Of a stretch of DNA of 17,200 nucleotides, positions 7,395 through 14,057 are shown one piece after another (the stretch's first letter is position 1; every line of letters starts with the position of its first letter). The DNA is taken from positions 1 through 17,200 of the forward strand of contig JASLKH010000059.1 of the NCBI GenBank assembly GCA_030747675.1, read 5' to 3'. The DNA is from Candidatus Thalassarchaeaceae archaeon (GTDB lineage Archaea > Thermoplasmatota > Poseidoniia > Poseidoniales > Thalassarchaeaceae). The position numbers and the translations under genes are program-made. A model generated the notes under the pieces. It did no database searches. It was not told where the DNA came from and saw only the letters and a program-made list of their open reading frames with translations.

Positions 7395-8683
7395 TTTCGA
7401 ACATTTTTGATGTTGACTCCAATTTCCGTTAAATTGGCAATAAAATTCGGATCTGAAATTTGGTGCAGTTTCGCCCCTTCTATCTTCCCTCCTACCTTTG
7501 TAGCTAAAATTACTGCAGTCATTTGGCACCTGTGATCACCATACGTTTTGACATATTTAGCAGGTCTGATTGGTATTTGTTCCCCTTGAATTTCTAATCC
7601 ATCTTGATGAGCGACCACTTTTAGACCAAAGTTAGTTAGAAGTTTCAAAGTACTCGTAATCCGAGCAGATTCCTTGAATTGGGCGTGATGGGCTCCTGTA
7701 ATTTTACCACCACCTCCAATAGCCATTATTGCTGCAAGTGGTGTAATCAAATCATTAGCATCTCGAAGATTAACCTCATTGTATTCTTGCAAATTCAATC
7801 CAAGTATTATTCCCGAACCAATAGTATCTTCATTCTTAATTTTTGGAAAAATAACTTCTATTCCATGTAAAATCTGGAATAAAATTGCAAAAGAAATATG
7901 GCTAGAATCTTTAGGAATCACAATATTTTTTGGAGGTTTACAGTTGAAAGGTTTGAGGTTTTTTTCACCTAGAATATTCTTTGAACCGCATTTTTTTGCC
8001 AATTCAAATGAGAGGGCAGCATGCTCTCGACTTACGAGTTCACCTGCGATGTCTAGTTGTAAATCTCCATCCATTGCAGGCATTGATAGCAATAATGAGG
8101 AAAGGTGCTGACTTGTTTTACTTACATTCAATTTAACTGCACCTGGAATCAAAGGACCCTGTATTACAATTGGGAAAATATTTTCATCAGTGCCATGTTT
8201 TATTCTAAATCCCACTTCCTTGAGTTCTTTCCAGAATTTCGGGCTCCCCCTCTTTCTTAATGTTTGATCACCATCTAATGTAATGGGCTCTCCAATTCTT
8301 GTAACAGCAATCGTAAGTAATCTCAAGGTTGTACCTGAATTTTCACAATTAATCACTTGCATTGGATTTCTGAAACCATTTATCCCCACGGCTTCAACTA
8401 CAAGTTCATCATATTTCTTTTCAATTCGCACCCCAATCTTGCTAATCGCCTTAAGCATTGAAATCGCATCTAAACCCGCTCCTTGAGTCCCGGATATAGT
8501 GAATAATTCACCCTTAGGTCCTTGTGAAGTCAATAGTAACCATCGGATGATGTGGCTTTTCGATGGAGGCAATTTCCAATTTACTGATTCCGTGGGATTC
8601 CAAATTTTGATATTCAGTAATAAATTTGAGTGAATAATCGGCTCATCATCCCCTCTTTGAGTTGGCTTCTCAAATTCTTCCAC
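7391..8683 (-). CDS. aroA: 3-phosphoshikimate 1-carboxyvinyltransferase (EPSP synthase), divergent
   Basis: LPPSKSHIIR, NSGTTLR, TSQ, DANDL, KESAR and YGDHR match EPSPS catalytic motifs. Overlaps the mutL stop by 4 bp. GTG start is uncertain. Confidence 0.85.
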   Translation of the reverse strand: MEEFEKPTQRGDDEPIIHSNLLLNIKIWNPTESVNWKLPPSKSHIIRWLLLTSQGPKGELFTISGTQGAGLDAISMLKAISKIGVRIEKKYDELVVEAVGINGFRNPMQVINCENSGTTLRLLTIAVTRIGEPITLDGDQTLRKRGSPKFWKELKEVGFRIKHGTDENIFPIVIQGPLIPGAVKLNVSKTSQHLSSLLLSMPAMDGDLQLDIAGELVSREHAALSFELAKKCGSKNILGEKNLKPFNCKPPKNIVIPKDSSHISFAILFQILHGIEVIFPKIKNEDTIGSGIILGLNLQEYNEVNLRDANDLITPLAAIMAIGGGGKITGAHHAQFKESARITSTLKLLTNFGLKVVAHQDGLEIQGEQIPIRPAKYVKTYGDHRCQMTAVILATKVGGKIEGAKLHQISDPNFIANLTEIGVNIKNVRN

Positions 8684-8708
8684 ATGGATGCGAGGCCGAT
8701 ATTACTCA

Positions 8709-9206
8709 TCAGTTCGTCGCAGGTAAAGGTACGGATGCAAGACTGGTTGAACTTGAACCTGTACTGGATCGCATTTCAAATTTCCACTCTCCATTAAGAG
8801 TTCCAGCCTGAGTTGCATTGATTACGAAATAATCACCACGATTAACTGTATATGATGCATCACGGTCATGGAATGTAATCATGCCCCCAATTGCACCATA
8901 GACATCAGCATCACTAGCATTCCCAGTAATTGTTGAGGCATTTTCTCCAGCAGGTGGCCTCAGTGCAAATGAAATCTGAGATGTATACAAATTCTCAGAT
9001 AAATCAGTAATGCGCACTACTTGAAATCCATTATCAAGGGCTTGTACACTTACTGAAGCATAGGGCCTTCCCTTTTCAGGAACACCAATTGCATCATCAA
9101 CCATTAAGTATACTGCACTTGCCAATAATACGGTGATGGCCATCAAAAGGACAGTTGCAATGACTGGGCTGACGGCCTCATCTTCACCCTCTCTTGCGTC
9201 CCGCAT
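8709..9206 (-). CDS. Archaeal type IV pilin (class III signal peptide, Pilin_N/DUF1628-like)
   Basis: N-terminus DEA|VSPVIATVLLMAITVLLASAVYLMV matches the archaeal pilin consensus AVSPVIxxILMVAITVxLA, followed by a small beta-rich domain. Confidence 0.85.
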   Translation of the reverse strand: MRDAREGEDEAVSPVIATVLLMAITVLLASAVYLMVDDAIGVPEKGRPYASVSVQALDNGFQVVRITDLSENLYTSQISFALRPPAGENASTITGNASDADVYGAIGGMITFHDRDASYTVNRGDYFVINATQAGTLNGEWKFEMRSSTGSSSTSLASVPLPATN

Positions 9207-9256
9207 ACTCCGTGATGGTATGCCTCATACTGTAAATACACCGGAAAAGAAGCAGT

Positions 9257-9290
9257 AAAAAAACGCAGAAGCAGGGAAATTTATTCCTGC
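9257..9290 (-). terminator. Putative terminator of rpl40e (hairpin plus T7 tract)
   Basis: Minus strand GCAGGAATAAATTTCCCTGC (GCAGG/CCTGC stem) starts 4 nt after the stop codon and is followed by TTCTGCGTTTTTTT. Confidence 0.55.
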
Positions 9291-9294
9291 GAAA

Positions 9295-9441
9295 TCACAC
9301 TTTTGTTTCGCGATTCTTCAATCGAAGACCCTTGTAACTGCACTTTCTGCAACGAGATGCACGCAATCCATTGCGAGCATTACACTTCATGCAGACCTTT
9401 ACAGCCAACAGTCGTGCTTCAGCTTCTGGAAAGCGTGCCAT
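9295..9441 (-). CDS. rpl40e: 50S ribosomal protein eL40 (L40e), 48 aa
   Basis: Missing from the ORF track (under 60 aa). Manual translation [48 protein letters not shown] has the L40e pattern MARFPEAE...CMKCNARN...CRKC...LR.K. Confidence 0.95.
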   Translation of the reverse strand: MARFPEAEARLLAVKVCMKCNARNGLRASRCRKCSYKGLRLKNRETKV

Positions 9442-9463
9442 ATTCTCGCCGACCTCCTTCCCC

Positions 9464-9470
9464 TATTTAA
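9464..9470 (-). promoter_or_regulatory. Putative TATA box (TTAAATA) of rpl40e
   Basis: TTAAATA 22 nt upstream of the ATG, identical to the heptamer upstream of rpl10e. The spacing would fit a short-leader or leaderless mRNA. Confidence 0.5.
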
Positions 9471-9555
9471 TCGGCGTGGAAATCAAACACTCTGTGGAGG
9501 GTGCGACAACCGTCATTGTCATGGGGGTGACTTGTTTCGCAGGTACGGGCTGAAC

Positions 9556-10302
9556 ATGAGACTTCATCGCCTTCCCGGGATACATCATGATTCTTCATGC
9601 ATCATTGTTTCTGGAAGTGAGGCTACTTGTATTGTCGATCCAGGTACTACGTGGTATCAAGCAAACCTGGTTGAGAGGCTTAAGCCATACATCCTTGATA
9701 GGTCTCCTCTAACCTCTATTTTGTTAACTCATCGCCACTATGATAGTTGTGGAGCCGCTCCTTATTTGGCTGAAGAGTATAATGCAATAATACGAATTCA
9801 TTCCGAAGGAATTCCTTCATTATCAGGCGGTGATATGTTCACAACATGGGCGAATAGATATGGTTCAGATATGCCAATTATTGATGCTGAAGGGATGGTA
9901 GAGGGTGAGATTATATCCCTTGGAGATGTTAGTCTTCAAGTAATTCATACTCCTGGGCACACATCAGATTCGTGTTCATTTTTCATTCCAGAAAAAAAGG
10001 CAATAATTTGTGGAGATTTGATTCCTGCCGCTGGACACCCCGTGCGGGCAGATATGCCCACAGGAGTTTTGACTGAACTACAGGAAAGCCTTGTCAAAGT
10101 TATGGATTTAAAACCTGAAATGATTATTTGTGGACGAGATGAGGCTATTATTGGTTCTGAACTGTGCTATGCAGTAGTATCAAAGCACATGCATTCAGTT
10201 GAAACCCGAATTGAAAACAAAGGAATGCTTCCTACAGACTGGCCTAAACCTGCAGAAACTTGCCATTGGCTCACACCTTCGCCTGCCTGGGACTTCGATT
10301 GA
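9556..10302 (+). CDS. MBL-fold metallo-hydrolase family protein with a degenerate metal site
   Basis: Motifs CIVDPG, LLTHRHYDS (HxHxD), TPGHT, ICGD and ICGRD. ATG 9556 preferred over TTG 9532. Confidence 0.85.
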   Translation: MRLHRLPGIHHDSSCIIVSGSEATCIVDPGTTWYQANLVERLKPYILDRSPLTSILLTHRHYDSCGAAPYLAEEYNAIIRIHSEGIPSLSGGDMFTTWANRYGSDMPIIDAEGMVEGEIISLGDVSLQVIHTPGHTSDSCSFFIPEKKAIICGDLIPAAGHPVRADMPTGVLTELQESLVKVMDLKPEMIICGRDEAIIGSELCYAVVSKHMHSVETRIENKGMLPTDWPKPAETCHWLTPSPAWDFD

Positions 10303-10849
10303 TGAGGGGTAATTTCGTTTGAATCATTCTGCGGGAAATATTTTTTCGGTTATTTGTAATTGTAGATCCTTTCCTATTGAAAACCATTCTTTGCCACCCT
10401 GACATCACAATCAGTTGTTCTCTATTAGCAGAGATGGAAGTGATTCTTCTACCTAAATTTAGTATTTTTACACCAGTGCGTGGAAGTTGATAACCAATTA
10501 AATTGACATTACCTTGCGAATCTGCTGTAATAAATCTAAACTGATTTCCGGAATGTTTCTCTAAAAATAATGCTGTAACAGGAGATTTATGTGGGCACCA
10601 TGAATCGATATAATCAAGTTTCGGTAGGCTAAGGAGTGTTACCGAACCATCTACTCCTCCTACAGCAACGTGAGTAATATTTTGATCATTTTCACCTATT
10701 CCAAGGATAATACTCGCCCCCTCATGCAAATGAGCTATAGCAATTTCACCATTTTTCGGCCACCAAACCAAATCGCCGGATTTATGTGCATTAATGAATC
10801 CTTTTTCCAAAACCAAACTCCGTATAACAGGGTCCTTTTCTCCTACCAT
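10271..10849 (-). CDS. Hypothetical WD40-like repeat protein with a basic C-terminal tail
   Basis: 192-aa ORF with blade-like segments THVAVGGVDGSVTLL, HKSPVTAL, FITADSQGNVNLI and RITSISA. Overlaps the MBL 3' end by 32 bp (convergent). Confidence 0.6.
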   Translation of the reverse strand: MVGEKDPVIRSLVLEKGFINAHKSGDLVWWPKNGEIAIAHLHEGASIILGIGENDQNITHVAVGGVDGSVTLLSLPKLDYIDSWCPHKSPVTALFLEKHSGNQFRFITADSQGNVNLIGYQLPRTGVKILNLGRRITSISANREQLIVMSGWQRMVFNRKGSTITNNRKNISRRMIQTKLPLINRSPRQAKV

Positions 10850-10884
10850 GCTGAGTATTGGAGGTCAAAGGTCATCAAGGGTTT

Positions 10885-10899
10885 CGGGGGGAGCCCCCG
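10885..10899. repeat. GC-only inverted repeat CGGGGG-GAG-CCCCCG
   Basis: Perfect 6-bp stem with a 3-nt loop in a 72-bp spacer; it overlaps a CCCCGGGG palindrome at 10895-10902. Confidence 0.65.
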
Positions 10900-10921
10900 G
10901 GGTATACTGAATGTGAAAGTG

Positions 10922-11209
10922 TTACCAAGACAAACTTTCATCGTCTTTCTTTGCTTTCTTGTATTTCCTATAGCATGACTTACAAATCGCCATTCTTCGG
11001 TTTTCACCATTTAATTCATCTTCTTCCCAAACATCTAGAAGGTTATCATATGCTATACTTCTACCACCAAAACTCTTGTCAGCCCAGTTTTCGCAATCAT
11101 TGCGGGCACATTTCTTTTCACCTTCAGTTGCGGTTTTTTTCCGCCCCTTTCGACCATTCTCTTCACCACTCTTTTCTCGTGATTTCCGTGCTTTTTTCTT
11201 AAATCCCAT
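10922..11209 (-). CDS. Small basic putative Zn-binding protein (C-x4-C...C-x2-C)
   Basis: 95 aa from ATG 11209 (SD GGAGGAG). Lys/Arg-rich N-terminus, CARNDC and CKSCYRKYKK. Confidence 0.7.
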   Translation of the reverse strand: MGFKKKARKSREKSGEENGRKGRKKTATEGEKKCARNDCENWADKSFGGRSIAYDNLLDVWEEDELNGENRRMAICKSCYRKYKKAKKDDESLSW

Positions 11210-11238
11210 TTTCACTCCTCCGTATATTCCATTGAATT

Positions 11239-12624
11239 TTAGATTTTCTCAATTGTTGCATCTCGATCCGGTCCAACACCGACACTAATAATCGGGAACC
11301 CTAACAATGTTTCAATTCTAGAAACATATGCTTGAGCATTTTCTGGTAATGCTGTGAATCCCGATTTTTCTTTAGATGCAGTACGGGCTATTTCTAGCCA
11401 TTCTTCGAGGCTATGGGCTGGAAATCCTGGCATGGTTTCGTATACTGGAACGCACTTAGCTAATTTCCCAATATCAGCGGGAACCTCATGACAAGGCTCA
11501 TCGTCAATGGTATACCCTACACAGATTTTCAATTCAGGAATGCCTCCCAATACATCGAGTTTTGTTAATGTTGCACCATCAAAACCATTCATTCGATGCG
11601 CGTGACGAAGGACAGTCAAATCTAACCAACCACAACGACGTGGTCTCCCCGTTGTCGTTCCAAACTCATGCCCGACATCGGCCATATGTTTACCATTAGA
11701 ATCGGACATACTTTTACCATCATATAATTCAGTTGGAAATGGCCCTTCCCCGACTCGTGTAGTATATGCTTTGACAACACCGTATGTATTCTCCACATGA
11801 CCAGGGTGGATACCAGCACCATGCGTTGCATTTCCCCGGCTGGTAACTGATGATGTAACGTAGGGAAAAGTTCCTTGATCAATATCCAACAAGCACCCCT
11901 GTGCACCTTCCAAGAGAACATTTTCGCCCTGCTTCAAAGCCATATCTAGCATCAGTCCTGTGGGTGCAACAGCGTGACCAAATCGCTGCCATATCCACGA
12001 TAGGTCCAATGCAAGTGATTGCGATGTAATTTTTCCATGTAGGCTTGCTTGAGGAGAAATTGTATTCCACCCTACAGGGTCATGTGATGAAGGTTCTGTA
12101 TCTTTAATGCCAAATAGATCCAGTCTTGCATTCATTCTCTCGGCTGTATATGTAAGCCATTCGTCGTCTGACATGCGGGACGGGATATCACAGAACCGAA
12201 CCCCTACACGCTCAATTTTGTCCCCATAACAAGGACCGATGCCTCGTTTTGTCGTTCCGATTTTAGTATCAGTGCCATCAATTCGGCGGTGAAATGGAAG
12301 ATTAACGTGAGCCCTTTCACTAATCCACAACCTTACACCCTCTGGCCGTTCGGATCCAAATGTATACCAATCTTCAAGTTCTTTTTCCAAAGTCCAAGGG
12401 TCAATGACCATCCCATCACCTAGAACCAGTTGACATTCAGGATAGGTAATCCCGCTTGGCAAATGGTTCAATTTCAAGGTACGTTCGCCTATGACAATTG
12501 TATGTCCTGCATTGTTTCCTCCTTGGAATCGTGCAACCCAACCTACTTCGCTCGCTAGTTGATCAACCATCTTTCCTTTGCCTTCATCGCCCCACTGTGC
12601 TCCGAGTACAACCGTTGCAGGCAT
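11239..12624 (-). CDS. purA: Adenylosuccinate synthetase (long, bacterial-like form)
   Basis: VLGAQWGDEGKGK, RFQGGNNAGHT, IGTTKRGIGP, EGAQG.LLDID.GTFPYVTSS, EFGTTTGRPRRCGWLD, LTKLDVL. Start placed at MPATVV (12624) by homology; upstream in-frame ATG at 12651. Confidence 0.97.
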   Translation of the reverse strand: MPATVVLGAQWGDEGKGKMVDQLASEVGWVARFQGGNNAGHTIVIGERTLKLNHLPSGITYPECQLVLGDGMVIDPWTLEKELEDWYTFGSERPEGVRLWISERAHVNLPFHRRIDGTDTKIGTTKRGIGPCYGDKIERVGVRFCDIPSRMSDDEWLTYTAERMNARLDLFGIKDTEPSSHDPVGWNTISPQASLHGKITSQSLALDLSWIWQRFGHAVAPTGLMLDMALKQGENVLLEGAQGCLLDIDQGTFPYVTSSVTSRGNATHGAGIHPGHVENTYGVVKAYTTRVGEGPFPTELYDGKSMSDSNGKHMADVGHEFGTTTGRPRRCGWLDLTVLRHAHRMNGFDGATLTKLDVLGGIPELKICVGYTIDDEPCHEVPADIGKLAKCVPVYETMPGFPAHSLEEWLEIARTASKEKSGFTALPENAQAYVSRIETLLGFPIISVGVGPDRDATIEKI

Positions 12625-12847
12625 AGTCGGTCGGCAAAGCAGACCCTCCATGAACTCTTGCCCACTGAAAAATCACATTTGGTTAGTATATTTTTTTAGA
12701 TTCAACATCTATTTTGACGCATAAAGTAGGCAATATTAAGTCCGATGACCTCCATATGTAGTTGATGAAGCAGTGTATTGATTCAGGGCCGATAATATCG
12801 AGCCTAAATGGGGTGTTGCTAACTCCTCCCCCCTATTACTATCAATG

Positions 12848-12861
12848 CGAGGGTTTATATA
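12848..12861 (+). promoter_or_regulatory. BRE-like element plus TATA box (CGAGGG-TTTATATA) of tfb; also reads TATATAAA on the minus strand
   Basis: TTTATATA at 12854-12861, 37 nt before ATG 12899, with GAGGT at 12886-12890. Confidence 0.7.
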
Positions 12862-12898
12862 TGCCCCTGTATATCATAGTAACTCGAGGTTAAGTAAT

Positions 12899-13921
12899 AT
12901 GAAAGAATTAGAAGAAAATCAGAAAAAATCAGAAACAACTAGCAAGAACAACAGACACGCATCCATTGGTTCAGCCCGTCCGTCTCAACGGCGAACAGAA
13001 GGTCAGACACAACCTTGCAAGGTGTGTTCTACTACAGAGTGGGAAGAAGATATTTCACGTGGTGAAACTTATTGCTTGGGATGTGGAAGCGTTGCTGAAG
13101 AGAATGCAATTGACCCAGGCGCCGAATGGACTAATCATTCCGACGGTCAAGATAGATCCCGTGTAGGGGCGCCAATGCGACAATCACTTTCTGATAAAGG
13201 CTTGAACACCACTATTCACCGAGGAGACTTGACTAGTGCCGGGGCGAAACGCCACGGTATCAATGGCAAGAAACTTCGTGACCTACGTCGCCAAGCAGTA
13301 ATTGATGAACGCAGCAAAACTCGAAGTTCTCGTGCACGTAACTTAACCAAGGCATTTCAATTCATTAGAGACCGTGGTAATTTACCTCCAAGGCTGACTG
13401 AAGAGGCTGCTGCATTATATCGAAAGGCAGCAGAAATGAATTTAGTTGCTGGAAGAAGCATACGTGGCGTATCTGCAGCTTGTGTTTACCTTGCTGCACG
13501 TGAAGCAAATCTCCCTCGAACAATAGAAGAGGTAGGCGAGCAATTTGACATGACTTCCATTGCTGCATCTAAAGAATTGAAACGTACCATACGATTAGTA
13601 TCTAGGCATCTTGGGACACATAGAATTACAAGTCCTGCTGAGTATCTAGATGTATTTCATAGTAAACTAGGCTTACCTGCTCCTGTGTTAGGTGAAGCAA
13701 ATTACTTGTGGGAACGCGTAGGAGGTTCACTGGAATGGCAGGGTAAGAAACCTGCTGGAGTTGCAGGTGTCATTCTTTACAAAGCCTCACAAAATCGTGG
13801 CCACCCAAGGACGCAAGCTGAAGTATGCAAGGTTGCTACAGTGTCTGAAGTGACCCTACGTGGATTGTTACGCATTCTTGATGCACTGTTGGCACACTTG
13901 GGCGAAGCACCGTCGAACTGA
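12899..13921 (+). CDS. tfb: Transcription initiation factor IIB (TFB)
   Basis: Zn ribbon CKVC...CLGC, EWxxx...RSRVGAP, DKGLNTTI and two cyclin repeats (GRSI, PRT, RTQxEV, SEVTLR). The TATA and SD positions put the start at 12899, not 12845. Confidence 0.95.
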   Translation: MKELEENQKKSETTSKNNRHASIGSARPSQRRTEGQTQPCKVCSTTEWEEDISRGETYCLGCGSVAEENAIDPGAEWTNHSDGQDRSRVGAPMRQSLSDKGLNTTIHRGDLTSAGAKRHGINGKKLRDLRRQAVIDERSKTRSSRARNLTKAFQFIRDRGNLPPRLTEEAAALYRKAAEMNLVAGRSIRGVSAACVYLAAREANLPRTIEEVGEQFDMTSIAASKELKRTIRLVSRHLGTHRITSPAEYLDVFHSKLGLPAPVLGEANYLWERVGGSLEWQGKKPAGVAGVILYKASQNRGHPRTQAEVCKVATVSEVTLRGLLRILDALLAHLGEAPSN

Positions 13922-13949
13922 AGAACCCCACCTCTGTCGAATAGGATAA

Positions 13950-14025
13950 GGGCGCTTAGATCAGCTGGAAGATCGTCTGGTTTGCAACCAGAAGGCCGGG
14001 GGTTCAAATCCCCCAGCGTCCACCA
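13950..14025 (+). tRNA. tRNA-Ala (anticodon TGC), intronless, CCA encoded
   Basis: Acceptor stem GGGCGCT/AGCGTCC with the G3:U70 Ala identity pair; D stem GATC/GATC; anticodon stem TCTGG/CCAGA with loop TT-TGC-AA; T stem GGGGG/CCCCC with loop TTCAAAT; A73 then CCA; 76 nt. Confidence 0.97.
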
Positions 14026-14057
14026 CGATTTAGGACTGTACCGCCTAGCATAGGTAC

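Noticed and set aside
2988-7422. Multiple minus-strand ORFs inside mutS and mutL, including 5423-5926
   Set aside because: Antisense to highly conserved genes; the translations are typical of shadow frames.
7679-8486. Plus-strand ORFs within aroA
   Set aside because: Antisense shadows.
9207-9555. Apparent long non-coding gap (SRP or other ncRNA?) and ORF 9371-9553
   Set aside because: Explained by rpl40e on the minus strand with its promoter and terminator.
10879-10902. Possible G-quadruplex
   Set aside because: Only three separate G-runs, and a competing Watson-Crick hairpin is available.
10670-11288. Plus-strand ORFs 10670-10978, 10858-11202 and 11076-11288
   Set aside because: Antisense to the WD40-like and Cys4 genes; no motifs.
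11622-12070. Alternative-frame ORFs inside purA
   Set aside because: Overlap an unambiguous conserved gene.
12845-12898. Longer N-terminus for TFB given in the ORF track
   Set aside because: This stretch contains the TATA box and SD, so the start is more likely 12899.
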